From assembly GCA_951406725.2 (NCBI GenBank), contig OX597819.1, positions 80,724,001 through 80,788,000 on the forward strand: a stretch of DNA of 64,000 bases. Direction: 5' to 3'. Positions 1-14,623 of the stretch are shown here, one piece after another. Source of the DNA: Octopus vulgaris (taxonomy: Eukaryota). The translations under genes and the position numbers were made by a program. The notes below the pieces were generated by a model. That model was given only the letters and a program-made list of their open reading frames with translations, was not told the origin of the DNA and ran no database searches. The stretch's first letter is position 1, and each line of letters begins with the position of its first letter.

Positions 1-37
1 TATATATATATATATATGCATATATATATATACATAG

Positions 38-68
<31 letters not shown>

Positions 69-93
69 AATTTATATGCATACAGATGTATAC

Positions 94-148
<55 letters not shown>

Positions 149-160
149 CATATATATGTA
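1..160. repeat. (TA)n-rich microsatellite
   Basis: Direct dinucleotide repeat. Similar TA/TG/GATA/CATA tracts occur at ~1905-2105, 2918-3034, 3235-3289, 4193-4605, 7741-8125, 8460-10200, 10771-10874, 17178-17318 and 26048-26173. Confidence 0.95.
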
Positions 161-269
161 TATCACCAAAATTGTGATTGCTTGCTCGATTCTTGTGAAT
201 ACTGAAGTGCTTCACTTATCTTCACTTAAAACGAAGACATTCTTTCCCCACACTCCCCACAGCAAATAT

Positions 270-621
270 CTGGCCACCAAAACATCTGCCGCCACCACCA
301 CCATCACCACCACAACAACAACAACAACAGCAGCAACAACAGCAATAACAACAACAATAACAATCACCTCCATCTCCCACCCCGCCTAACGACAACATCA
401 ATTTTAACCAAAATGCTAACAATCACCGCCTCCGCCACCACCATAAGCATTTTCATCGACAGCAACATTTCATTCTCTTTCTCACCGCATCTCACCGTCC
501 CCGCCCTCGTTACCGACCCTTCTTCCCGTTACCGCCCCCGCTGAAAACAAAGTCTTTTGATCTCGCCTGCATCCAATCACACGTCACGCCACATTGCTCG
601 TCGTCGTCGTCGTCGTCGTCG

Positions 622-686
<65 letters not shown>

Positions 687-830
687 GCTGCTGTTGTTAC
701 CAACGCTGCTCTCGTCGTCGCCATCGTCGTCGTCGTCATCATCATCATCATCATCATCACCTGCTAATTTTATCCTCATTGTCAATATCATCTTCATCAC
801 ATCATCATCATCACCATCACCCCCACCACC

Positions 831-893
<63 letters not shown>

Positions 894-990
894 TTCATTA
901 TGATCATCATTAACATCATCATCGTCATCATCACCACCACCATCACCACCACCATCATCATCATTACCACTCTCATATTCATCATCATCC

Positions 991-1021
<31 letters not shown>

Positions 1022-1653
1022 TACCATCATTAACGTAATGAGCATCATGAGCAACATCACCACAACCACCACCACCATCACCATCTTAGTCGACATGAAC
1101 ACTGTAATTATTACGACCGAATCGTTGCCTATCAATACCGGCCATCACCGTGACCATCACTGAAATCTCCACCACCACTACGGCTACCACCACTATAACC
1201 CCAACCCTAATCCTTACCCCATCAGCACTACACCACCAGCATAACCAGGCCATATTAACTACCAACGCCACCTCTACCATAATCAATGTGCAACACTACC
1301 ACCAATACTACTACTACTGCCAGTCCATACCACTATTGCAACCACAATAATATCAGTTTTACTACAACCACTAACACCACCACCAACAACAAAAACAACA
1401 ACACAAAAACCACCACACCAAAATGACCTCCACTGCCACTACCACCAACATCACAAACACCAACACCATCACCACTATCACAACCACTATCACAACCACC
1501 ATCAACACCACCAACAACAACACCACCATCACCACAGCCACCACCATAACCACCACTACTACCACCGCCAACAACACTACTATAAATAGTCCATACCACA
1601 ATCAATGTTACAACACAATCATCATCATTAACATCACAAGCATCAACAGAGGT

Positions 1654-1685
<32 letters not shown>

Positions 1686-1740
1686 CATCACCATCATCAT
1701 CATCACCACCACCACTATCACCATCACCTTTACTATAATC
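270..1740. repeat. Mosaic trinucleotide low-complexity tract (ACC/ATC/AAC/GTT/GTC)
   Basis: Alternating pure and degenerate trinucleotide runs; these explain the homopolymeric ORFs on both strands in this interval. Confidence 0.9.
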
Positions 1741-1941
1741 AACATAGTTTTCTTTGCTATAAGGCGCAGAACCACGTGTTTTTTAGATTCAACATCACTG
1801 CACGATAACTCCGGCAACCGTCTGCTATTTTAGCACTAGCTCAATCAAAGCCTCGAGACTGTATATGATAGAGAGAAACTGTGAGGAAACCTCTCGTATG
1901 TGTGTGTGTGTATCTATGTATATGTATATATGTGTATATTT

Positions 1942-1993
<52 letters not shown>

Positions 1994-2916
1994 CAAAAGA
2001 ATAGAAAGAGATCAATATATATATATATATATATATATATAGATATATTATATATATAATGGCATGTATATATATATATATCATGGCATATATATATATA
2101 TATATAAAGAATAAAATAGTAAGAATACTACATGGTGCTGTTATTACACTGCACGGAATTATCTTGAACAGTTTATATTTTGATATTCCATGTTATTATG
2201 AAAGACATTGCCAGATAGCAGCGTAGAGTAATGTGTGGTCATGTCCAGTGTATGACTTTACCCTGTTTCGGAACCACCTCTTAGCCACAATTGTTCCCTG
2301 ATCTACTCTGACCCAGAGGGGCAGCCTTATCACGGCTACAGGTTAAATACCAAGTAACCGCTTGAGCCAGGGTAAGTTAAAATCGGTGGGAAACAGCGTG
2401 GCGGATGTGAACCGTTTAACAGTTCACCTCAGCCATGCAAATGAACTAACTGAATCACTAAATGCTGAGCGGATGAACAGATAACACACTGTCAACAGTC
2501 AGGATCAACTAGTTCTCTTGGTGAACTACTGCGATCATCTGTAGTCATGGCGTGGGAATGATAAGATTTTTCAGTAAGCAAAAGACCAATGTGGCTGAAA
2601 CCCAAGCTAGACCCTTGTGCCTCATCGCTCGATCAGGATATCTGGCATGGAAGGGTTGCATTGATCCGGACAAGTCGCTCGAGCCGATGATAGTGTGTGG
2701 AGCAATGTGTGTGTGTGCCGTGTGTGTGTGTGTGTGTGTGTTGTACATGTGTTGTGAGATATGATAGAGTAAAGAATTGCCATCACTATTTGCTCTACAC
2801 TAATAATGCACGAACAGACCTATAACGAAAGAGGGTCCTGTCATAAACTATGTTTTGCAGTATGATCTTTTACTTATTTCACTCAGTAGATTGCGGCTAT
2901 ACTGGTGCACTGCCCT

Positions 2917-3030
<114 letters not shown>

Positions 3031-3034
3031 TGTG

Positions 3035-3172
3035 TATTACTGGTGAAGGCCGGTTTATAGGGTTACCCTGGGTTTACGGCGTATCTTCAGACCCGATAAA
3101 GATACGCCATAAAGGTATCCTTTATGGCGAGAAACCTAGGGTAACCCTATAAACCGGCTTTCACCAATAATA
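3035..3172. mobile_element. Foldback/MITE-like element with branched (Y-shaped) hairpin
   Basis: 41-bp inverted arms at 3035-3075 and 3132-3172 (3 transition mismatches) enclose two small hairpins, GGCGTATCTT/AAGATACGCC and CGCCATAAAGG/CCTTTATGGCG. Confidence 0.75.
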
Positions 3173-3231
3173 AATACAGACTGCTTCTTAGAGTGTGCTT
3201 CTTCTCCGAATTTAAGTTTTGCTAAACGACG

Positions 3232-3292
<61 letters not shown>

Positions 3293-3379
3293 AGAGTTTA
3301 CGAAAAAAACAAAAGACGAAGACAGGTGGTGTACAAAACAAACAGATGTATAAGTATAAAGCTCAGGAATAGAAAAAGT

Positions 3380-3415
3380 CTTTTACGTTTCGAGCCTATG
3401 CTCTTCTACAGAAAG
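3380..3415 (-). ncRNA. Hammerhead-ribozyme-like motif (variant core CUGUAGA) in a ~185-bp repeat embedded in (TA)n (3290-3475)
   Basis: Minus strand reads CUUU-CUGUAGA-A-GAGC(AUAG)GCUC-GAA-ACGU-A-AAAG. Same layout as, and downstream similarity to, the canonical motif at 16882; A6 is replaced by U. Confidence 0.5.
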
Positions 3416-4182
3416 GGACACAGAAAAAACAAGGAGAGAAAAAATGTGTGTAGTGGCTAACGATCTATCATGGCATGTATATATATATATATATATATAT
3501 ATACCACGGCTCCCACATAGTCTCCATCTACGAAATTCACTCACAAAACATTGGTCGGTCTGGGGTTAAAGAAGAAGACACGTACCCAAAGTACTGCGAA
3601 GTGGGGCTAACCCAAAATCACGTGGCTGCAAGCGAGCTTTTTAACCACACAGCCACCAGTTGCATCTATATAACATTCCGCAGTATTGAATATCATAACA
3701 GCGTGATATGCTACGTTTATTGTATGGCTTTAGTATGGCATCGCATAACATTCAATTACGTAGAATGATATCGCAATTAGATCGCATGTCATTGCATGGT
3801 TGTATTATGATATCGCGTAGTATTACATGATGGTGAGTGATTCTGAGGCATCTGCGAGTGAATATAAGAATGCAAACACGAAGATGTAGAAAATCAAATA
3901 CACAAACCAAGAGACCAAAACAAAGAAGAGAATCTGCGAACCAAGTAATTGTGTTTTCAGTTGAACAGTTATTGAGGAGGAAACACTTTGATTGTGAGAA
4001 ATGGACGTTTTATGGTCTCCTTTTCCTTATGCTCTTTTTTTTTCATCTTTCTCTCATGCTTTCTCTCTCTCTCTCTCTCTTTCTTTCTCTCACTCTGTCT
4101 CTCTCACCTTTTCTCTCCCACACACAGTCTCTTTCTTTCTCTTCATATTCGTTCAGTATCTTTCTTCTTGTTCTCTTTGTTC

Positions 4183-4235
<53 letters not shown>

Positions 4236-4320
4236 TAAATAGATAGAAAGATAGATAGATAGATATACTTACAAAAATGCATATATATATACATATATAA
4301 GTATATAGCAGGTGTGTCTA

Positions 4321-4429
<109 letters not shown>

Positions 4430-4491
4430 GTAGATAGATAGATGCATATATACAGACATGTATACATATATATATACATATGCATATATGT

Positions 4492-4537
<46 letters not shown>

Positions 4538-5102
4538 TGAATGTATGTATATATGTATTTATGTATTATGTATGTATGTATGTATGCATGTATGTATGCA
4601 TATATAGTGGATTCCCCAGTTGATCTACACATATAAGAACCCAACAGCCTAGCTGTTAGTCTAGCCATAGACATTACTGTATTCAGTAATAAAGGCTTGT
4701 ATAACACCAACCACACTCTTTAGATCCTTTAACACAAATTTTTGTTCACGTTGTCAGATTACACAGTTACTGGGATTAACAAATCTTAGATATGTTGGCG
4801 CGATTATCACCCATAGAATTACATGACTGTTAAGCGTGAAGTCGAAGAGAATTAAGATAATTTTCTATATTTAAACCATATTGTCTCCATATGTAGGAGA
4901 GAATTTCCAAACTCCAGTCAGAAGTAAGACATGCCTCACCATCTAACTATTTTTGAAAATCATAAAATTATGAAACCGGTTAAGTTTATACGAATGCTTC
5001 GCTTTTCTATTTAGTTTGCAAAATACTGTGCCAGTGCGTGAGTTTATTATTATTATTGGCGTAATGACCTTCCCAAGACAAAACAAGATTAATGTAAATA
5101 AA

Positions 5103-7691
5103 CACTAAGCAACCCAGCTAAGTACACCAGCAACACTGATCAACAAAAAAATTTCTTATATCAGAGATGATTTTCAGTAGACTAAAATGATTTTTAGGAG
5201 CTGATTTCAAAAGTGTCTGCGTTATATTTATCATATTTGTTTCGTGTGTTGTTTTTGTGTGTTGTTCGTTCATATGGGTATGCAAATGAGATCAATTGTG
5301 TGTGTATACTTGTGTGTATGTGTATGTGTGCGTGTGTATAAGTCTTTGCGCATGTCTGTATTATATCATATTATATTATATCATATTATATCATATATTT
5401 GGCACACACAGGCACGTATACACATACGCACGCACACGCGGGATTTCTACATCTTAATCATAACGATGATACGGAGAGAACAAAGAGACCGTGATACCGA
5501 ACACTATTTTTCTAGTCTTAACATAACTGGGTATAAATGGATTTTCTACAAAGAATAAATACAAGATTATTTATTCTAACATGTTTTCAGCACGTAAACC
5601 AGTTCAACATGAAGGCACAAATTCGTTTATTTCCCCCCAGAATGATGGACTAGCTTCATAATGAAATTGACAGTGATGAAGAAGTAATTGACAGAAGCGC
5701 TGAACTTTCTATAGATCTTGAATGCGTACTTTAGGAAAATCTGAAGAGCCAATGTCATTTATTGAAGAACGATCTTACTAGAGATTTGTCACTTTCTTTC
5801 GAGGAGACAGAAATTCTTGCCTCCAAGAATGAAGGAAAGTCATTTATTTGACAGAAATGTGCAGGTTCTCCTTTTGATGGTGATTCACTCGACCAAATCT
5901 ATACCAGTGAGTCGCTGTCAAAAGCGAAATTTTAATTTGGTAACATGGCCCCACTCTGCTTTCGCAATGATATCAACGAACTCTTCGCAAACTATTCTCA
6001 GATTCAAGGAGCCTTTGACTAGACACCCCTTTGTCGATTCATTACATAGAGAGGTGAAAATATTTCCACTACATAATGGAATTTATAGCCATGCATTCCC
6101 ATTGCCGACTCTGTTCGCTTGAAGGAAGCATACTATAACATGGGTATACTGTTTGATACTGTGAACATCAATGAAACCCTAGAAGTCGTTTCATTCTTTA
6201 GGCATGCAAAATGAACATGCATGTATGATATTTACAAAATACTGCTGTTTCTTATGTTTGTGGGACTCTCGTGCAACCACAGTAAACATAACTGGACACA
6301 GAGGTTAACATATGCTCCACAATGAAATCTTTTGTGAACGTAATAAGATACGTTATACCAAGAGAATGTTCAGTATCATCGTAAAACAAAATTTCTAAAT
6401 GAGAGTACGGCAAACTAAAAAGAGGGATTTTTTCAGTTCCACAATTCAGGATGATTTTAAAGATATTGAATTTAAGCAATCCCATTAATACACCGGAATT
6501 AGAAGTTCAACAGTTTTTAATGGTTACGTAAGAGCTTTCAGCAGAGAACAAAGTTCCATGCACATAGAGGTGAAACTGGGAAACCTTAATAATATGAGTA
6601 CAGTAATCCCTCGCTAATTCGCGGTTCAACTATCGCGGATTCACGACTTCGCGGATTTAAAATATATATATATATATATATATATGAACACCTGAAATTT
6701 TTCATTAAATCCAAAAAAAAGAAGAAGAAACGCAGCAAGTTGTCGACCAAACTGGCTTGATTTTCGGACGGCTGGCCAAGCTCTGTAACCTGGCTAAAGA
6801 ATTGAAAGAGGGGTCACAGGAATGGGACGACTATGGATCGTTCTGTGCAATTTTGCAACAAGGTCGACGAAGTCATGAATCCCTACAAGATGCTCCTTGA
6901 AAGGAAAAAAGAAGCAGCATCAGCAAACTTCCTATCACAATGTTTTTGCAGGCTCGCAAAAAAAAGCCAGTTCCTGCTGCTACTACTACGGCTGCACCTT
7001 CGGAAGAAGTGGAAGAGGTGTCCCGGGAAAGGTCACCGCCGTCAGCTTCATCATCATCATTTCTACTGCGCCGCAAATTCATCACCATCATCATTCAAAT
7101 TACACTTTAACTTCTTTCGTGTTGAGTACAGTAAAATGTTATTGCTTAACAGTTGTCCTTGTTATTAATAGACTACTGTAATGGGTGGGTTGTTAACAGT
7201 ACAGGGAGGGTTTTAATAGTCCAAATACACATTAAATAAATATTGTAAATATGGTGTCCCTACTTCGCGGAAATTCAGTTATCGCGGCCGGTCTCGGAAT
7301 CAATCTACCGCGATAAACGAGGGATCACTGTATAAGCAAAAGGACTGTCAAGCACCGTTAAAACTACTTTTATATATTCAGCTTCATTTCTTTTCGAAAA
7401 ATCTTGGCGCAGTAAAAGACACAAGGGAAAATGAATGGAATCTCGATACCAGAGATTTAGAAACAAGGCTTGATAGTTCATTATTGCTATATGTTATACT
7501 GGCACAACTCAGACAGATTTTACTAGAAAAAATTATAATCGCAATACTTAATTTGCATAATGTATATATTTAATTATATATACGTTTCTAACTGAATCTA
7601 TGAGATGAAAATGAATTTAATGTTAAATATACATTAATTAATCAAGTTTATGCTGTGTGTTTGACTTCAAACAATAAATTTTGTATAAAAT
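5103..7691 (+). mobile_element. Decayed Chapaev3-like (CMC) DNA transposon, interrupted by a Tigger-like element
   Basis: CACT(A/G) terminus. Frameshifted transposase remnants (NDLTRDL..EILASRMKE, FVDS..LHNG, KYCCFL) resemble the better-preserved copy at 36824-38997. Boundaries approximate. Confidence 0.55.
6601..7330 (+). mobile_element. Internally deleted Tigger/pogo (Tc1/mariner) transposon
   Basis: TIRs CAGTAATCCCTCG / CGAGGGATCACTG with a TA target duplication on both sides; internal remnant of a pogo-type transposase C-terminus (MDRSVQFCNKVDEVMNPYKMLLERKK). Confidence 0.85.
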
Positions 7692-7815
7692 GTTTTTTAT
7701 ACACTTTAGATATTGACAATACAGTCATATAAAATCTTTCATGTGTATGTGTGTGCGTATGTATGCATGTATCTATGTATGTATCTCACTTTCTCTCTCT
7801 CCCTATATGTATAGT

Positions 7816-7867
<52 letters not shown>

Positions 7868-7965
7868 AATATATATATGTATATATATACATATATGTAT
7901 ATGTATGTGTATACTTATATATATACACACACACATGCATATATGCATACATACGTATATATAAA

Positions 7966-8002
<37 letters not shown>

Positions 8003-8093
8003 GTACATACACACTCACATTTATAAGTGTGTAAATAAATGTATGTAGCCACACGCACACACACACACAAACACACACACACACACACACACA

Positions 8094-8128
<35 letters not shown>

Positions 8129-8491
8129 CATAACACTCATGAACCAAGAGCCAGATAGCTTAACGCTGGACTACAGCGCTGTCGACATAGGGACTACTTG
8201 ACAGGTGAAGCAGAATGACGTATAAAGGTAAGACATTGGCCAGTGAGAAAGAAAAAAGGATTCCTGCGGGTAACAACAGACAGCCATACAAGTTTTATAA
8301 TACGAAAAATTAAGTGTTTTGGAGAACACTCAACGAAAAATGATGCCGATTATTACGTTATCCAATCTGATGGGTTGAAAGGGCCATCGGCTTCAATCGG
8401 TTCCTTCTACCCCAACTCCCACTCGTTTTCTCGATTTTCTCTCTCCCTCTTGCTTTCATATATTTATATGTGTGTGCGTGTGAATGTATAC

Positions 8492-8566
<75 letters not shown>

Positions 8567-8655
8567 CATATATATATACATATATATACATTTATATAGA
8601 CATATACACACAATACAGAAACACACATGCATACATATATATATATGTACATACA

Positions 8656-8702
<47 letters not shown>

Positions 8703-8741
8703 ATACATACACATATATATATGTATGTATATATGTATATA

Positions 8742-8804
<63 letters not shown>

Positions 8805-8978
8805 GTATGTATGTATGTATTTATATGTATTCATATATATATATATATATACACAAGGGAGCACTTGTGATATATATGCACGTGGATCACTTATGTACGT
8901 GTATGAATATGGGAGATATAAGTATATACATGTAAATATATGCATGTTTTTAGATGTATATTTTGTAATACATACTTA

Positions 8979-9010
<32 letters not shown>

Positions 9011-9357
9011 CATATACTTATGGATATACGGATGGATGTATATGTGTTTTTGTGTGCATGCAAACATACACACATATATGTATGTGTATATGTCCACTGA
9101 AAATTATATAATCTACACATTGTTTAGATATTAAATAAATATCCCCAAGCATATATTTATGATGTGTTCGTGTTTTTGTGTGTTTGTACGCATGTGTATG
9201 TTTTGTGTGTGTGTGTGTGTATGTGTGTGTGTGTGAGCTGTGTATGTGTGCGTGCGTGCGTGTGCAGGTCATGCAGCAGGTTGTGTTTGAAACTTAGAAG
9301 TATACTTATACGTAATTATTGTCGTATGCATATACGAATGTAGACAATAGACGGACG

Positions 9358-9444
<87 letters not shown>

Positions 9445-9472
9445 GGACGGGTATATAGACAGACAGACAGAC

Positions 9473-9683
<211 letters not shown>

Positions 9684-10240
9684 CTGACTGACTGGGTTAC
9701 AAGCAGACAAGTAGGCAGACAGACAGATAGATACATACATACATACATACATACATACATACATACATACATACATACATACATACATACATACATGCAT
9801 GCATGCATGCATGCATACATACATACTTATAGAGAGAGAAAGAGAAAGAGATGCATACACAAACACATACATGTTTGTGTGCGCGCGAGTAAGTGTACCT
9901 ATACACACCCACTCGCTCACAGACACTCACATGCACACACAGCTACACACACACATTGATATATGTGTATGTGTGTGTGTGTTTGTGTGTGTGTATATAT
10001 GTATGTATACGTATAAGTGCCTATTCATACACGCAGACAAGCATACATGCATATGTGAGAATACACACACACAAACATTATATATATATATATGTATGTA
10101 TGTATATATATGTACACACACACACACACACACATACATACACACATTACGAATGTATGCACATGTGTACACACGTCAGTGCGTATGCGTTTGAACATGT
10201 TGCATGTGCGTATGCATATCCGTGAGTGGGTGCGTTTTAC

Positions 10241-10348
10241 CTGCATGCGTGTATCTCTTACCATCCTCTTCCCATACCTCCGTCTCTCTTTGACCACACT
10301 ATAACCACCACCACCACCACCACCACCGCCACCACCACCATTGTCCAT
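10241..10348 (-). CDS. Candidate first coding exon of an unidentified - strand gene (MDNG12YSVVKERRRYGKRMVRDTRMQ)
   Basis: ATG preceded by ~150 nt of unique UTR-like sequence; ends at a CAG|GTAAAA donor, with an alternative ATG|GTAAGA donor at 10262/10261. No recognised homology. Confidence 0.35.
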
Positions 10349-10762
10349 GATTCAAACCACTTGTGCGCATTGTGAATGAACACTTCCGTCAACAAAGCGT
10401 TTCTTCTTCACCAGACAATCAACTTCCGACAAAGAATCCTTCAACTTTATAACGAACGAACCCTTACAAAAATCTTTGCCTTCTTCCAGTTTGACTTCTC
10501 ATTCATCCTTTATTATTGCTTTTGCTTTGTTTTTGTTTTGTTTTGTTTTGTTTGTTTGTTGATTTGTGTGGAGTTTGTTTCCTGGCTATTTGTTTGTTTT
10601 TGTATTGTTTTGTTGTTGCTTTTTTTTTTCTCTCTCTCTCTACTTAACAATGGAAAAGAGGAAAAGGCGGGCAGCAGATCTTTCTGTTCTTTCTTTGGTA
10701 TTGTGTATGTGATATATGTGTGTGTGTGTGTGTTCATTTATACAAGTGTTTCTATTTGAATA

Positions 10763-10875
<113 letters not shown>

Positions 10876-11350
10876 CACAAAAGTGCTCTTTCAGAGAGTT
10901 TGATGAAGCTTAGATGGGGAAAATTTAAGGAAGAAACCGTTTTCGAATGCTCGGCCCAGTTTTTTTTTTTTTTTTTTTTTTACTATTCTTTGCATTTTTT
11001 ACATCACTTTTATATTATTTTCTGTTTTATTTTAATTATTTTCCTATCACAATCAAGCTTATTGCTAATAGCAAAACAGTATAGTACAGTGTTTCGTAAT
11101 AACGTTGTACAATTGTACAATCATGTTTAAAATAGTGTTGAAGTGTGCTAAACAATACACCGCTTAATACAATGCAACACTTGCAGGAAAGCCATGGGCA
11201 GAAAGGAGGTCACAGGATGGCGATGGTCTGAGGAATTGGAACTGTGTCTAAGTACGTGGCTTGGAAGAAGTGTTGGACACAGCAACGGTTAAGACAGATG
11301 GAGAAACGAAAAGGTTCGGAGGGTCAGGGGTGTTCTCCGAAGAATAGAAG

Positions 11351-12224
11351 CAGGGCCGGATTTACGTATAGGCCAATATGGCCCGTGGGCCATGGCTCGG
11401 GGAACACCAAGCTTTGGTGGACGCAAGCATTAAAGGCACCATTTAACTCAAAAGATCCTAAAGCTAAGGGTTAACAATTTAAAAATATATTTACAGCAAC
11501 CAAATAATTTGTCCTTGTTTAACTTGTTTAAATTACTTTAATCCAATAGAGTTCTTTTAAGATTACTGAATCCTTTTTAGATTTATTTGACACCTTTAAG
11601 ATTTAAGAAAAAAAACATTTAATTGCGCCCCTCAGAATCTACAAAGGCTCTTTAAAGTTTTAGGGTGTTTTTAAACTGTTTGGAGTCCTTTAGTGTCACA
11701 TGCATTGAGTCAGATAACTCCGTGAGATAAGTTTTGATGACTTAATCTAAGAGTTCGTGGTTAATAAATCAAGAGAGGTTTTAATTTTAATTTATTCTGC
11801 TCTTGGCTTCAGATCTTGATTACCGTTTATATTTCAATAATACTGTGATTCCTACTTTTAGCTGTGTCTAAAGAAAAAAAATTGCCCTTGGTAGCTTATT
11901 GTTATTGTTTCAGTTTTGATGTGCAATATTTTATGTTGGTTTTTATTTACTCTTTATGTGTCGATACTTTTCAAATGTGTTTTATCTTTATTGACCTTAG
12001 ATCAAACGAAATCCATACCAATATACGCCAGGTTGCAATTTAATAGTGCGATACAGTCTTTGTTATTTTGGCTGCAGCAGCTAAATTTGTTTATTAGTTT
12101 TGACATGCACAATGATATGATTGACTTTAAACATTTAAACAATAGAACATTGCATACGCAAAATCGTTGGGGGCCCCAAAAATTTATTAGCTATGGGGCC
12201 CCACTAGGTCTAAATTTGGCCCTG
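11351..12224. mobile_element. Non-autonomous hAT-like transposon
   Basis: TIRs CAGGGCCGGATTTA / TAAATTTGGCCCTG and degenerate 8-bp flanks (aatagaag/aacagagt). A related end lies at ~50741. Confidence 0.65.
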
Positions 12225-12299
12225 AACAGAGTCTATTATAGTATTGCATAGTATTGTATTACTATACGATACTACTGTTGCAGTAGAAAAGGTAGATAG

Positions 12300-13020
12300 A
12301 GAAAAGAGACAACATACCGAAGAGCCAGAGGGTGCAACGTGTCAGTTAGTGATTTAATGCCAGTTAGTTAAGTGATTCTTTTCTTGATGTGACCAAAAAT
12401 ATCTGTGTACGTAACAGCACCACTACCCCAGATATATGAGCAATACTTTATTGGGAACGGGGACCTCACTTGAGCTTTCTTTCTAAGTCAGAAATTTTAG
12501 GGGACTGAAATATTTTCTGGCCCTAAAGTGTAAGACCAGTCTTTGAAATGCAGTCGTAGCTCTGCTGAGGAAGCGCTTTGCCAGGAGAGATTTTCGATGC
12601 TTATGAAGCATAGCGTTTGAAACGACCACGAGAACTCTAGCTGAATGCTGCTCATGTTTAGGGTGAGATCAATTGTTGTTTTTTCTTTTTTCTTGATATT
12701 ACTAGGTGCTTGAGACTTTTCAGTCTCCTTTCTTCTTTTTTTCTGTTAAAAAAGATGTGATTGCTCCAGTGGAGGATGCTCTCGAAGTGTCTAATCATAG
12801 AATCAGTGCAAGTTTCGTGTGTTGTATCTAGATTGCACATGGAGGATGCGTGGCTGGGGAAGATTAGAAAGAAATGAAGAATCGGAATCGTATTATCTGG
12901 ATAAGAGAGGACGTTGTTAGAAATGACAGCAAGTGGGTCATTGGTGTGTAGCAGGAAATATGGCGGTGAGCAAAACAGAACCCTGGGACACTGTAATTGA
13001 TTAAGAGTTAGCATATCGCA
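12300..13020 (-). mobile_element. Old LINE reverse-transcriptase remnant
   Basis: Decayed RT-like translation (FLLHTNDPL..LSYPDNT). Related remnants at ~23030-24330, ~26990-27560 and ~46190-46620. Confidence 0.5.
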
Positions 13021-13559
13021 GAACTAATCCTAGAATACAATACTATACATTACAGTGAAATGTGGTACAATACCACCCAATACAATACAGTACGATGACA
13101 GTACAATAGAAAGTAGTATAATCTATAACATAAATTGGACATGGGTGATCGTTGTATTCATTCTTGTCTTGAGGTTCACAGCCAAACGACTGAGTGGATT
13201 TGCATGAAAAATGGCACACATGTGGAGACAAGTGCATAGATTGGAATGCAGTTTGTATTTTTTTCCTAACCCTCATACATACCGAGAAAATCGATTAAAA
13301 CTTTTTCTAATAGACTTTCCCTCTTTCTTATGCCATTAAAACGAGCAGTTGTTTAGGAGCTGTTTTCTGACGGGGTGGGGTCGAGAAATTTTCATATAGC
13401 TGGAGGCTCCAATCGAAACAGGGGACCCGAAATGATAAGGTTGACAAACGCTGTTATAGATTATACCTAACCGAAAACGATCATAGACAAATCATACAAG
13501 CAGACCAGGTGAAACCGGGCTTAGCTGCTTGCAGAATGTAAGGCAATCAAAGCTGTACT

Positions 13560-13990
13560 GCACATTGCAATAGAAAGAAAAAGAGTACAATACCTCTACA
13601 ATATAAAGTACTACAGTAGAGTACGATACAAAATAATACAGTATAATATAGGGTAATAAAATAGAGTATAGTACAGTGCATTATTCTATAGTACACTATA
13701 CTATCATACAATAAAGTACAGTGCAATAAACTACAGTTGAGTAGATTTCATTATAATACTTTATAGTAAAAATCAAAACCATACAAGATAAACAGTACAG
13801 AATAAAATTTTACAAGGTAATACCATACCGTACAGTGTATTACAACATATCCAATAGAAGAGACAAAATATAATGCATTGGAATACAGTGCAAAACAATA
13901 CTGTATAATACTGAACAATACAGCAGAGTACAATGAAGCATTACAAGACTGTACCATACATACAAGGTTGTACAATACATATAAGAATAC
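13560..13990. repeat. Degenerate (TACAA/TACAG)n pentanucleotide tract
   Basis: 5-nt periodicity visible throughout the interval. Confidence 0.65.
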
Positions 13991-14623
13991 AATAGACTTT
14001 AGTTATTAGCAACGGAGGCAGTATTAGTTCAAAATAGCATTGTGTTTATCACACTTAGTGCAAATATACTGTTGATAACCTGGAAACTGCACTATTTGTC
14101 TCGAGAAAACATCTATAAATGTATAGTGTTAAAAAAAATAACACAGGAATATGCTTCCTAGAGGTAGATTAATACTGTATTTTCCAGGATTTCAACTGTA
14201 TATATGCGTTAATTATGATATACGGAATGCTCTTTTGAACTAATCTTGCTCGGTTGCTAATATCAAATTTTAATGCAACCTGCCGGCTAATTGTGACACT
14301 GGTGATTTGTTAATCACTGTTTTTCTATATCAGTTGTGGCTAAATTTGTCTTGGTATGCGGTTGCCCTGGATGCTTCCTCCTGATGATGCTCAAAGATGT
14401 ACAAATGCATATTTAGCAATTCTACCTCCGCTGCTGGACGGTTTGCTACTGATATTCCTCTATGCTTTTTAACGTTATATGTCTATTCTAGATGCTTTCT
14501 CGAGATGAATATCGCAGATGGGTGGCTTTCTACTGTATATTCACGTTAAGTAAGGCACATACAATGATATATTGAACAAAGTGCAAGACAGTACAGTGCA
14601 AAACAATGCAACAAAATAAAATA

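Noticed and set aside
156-1833. Poly-Thr/Met/His/Asn/Asp ORFs
   Set aside because: Open in several frames on both strands because of trinucleotide repeats; no domain or coherent splice structure.
2240-2310. GGAAC..GTTCC-GAAAC stem on the - strand in an unclassified repeat
   Set aside because: Lacks a CUGANGA box.
14375-14420. CTGATGA followed by AAATGCATA
   Set aside because: No paired stem II and no GAAA; not called as an HHR.
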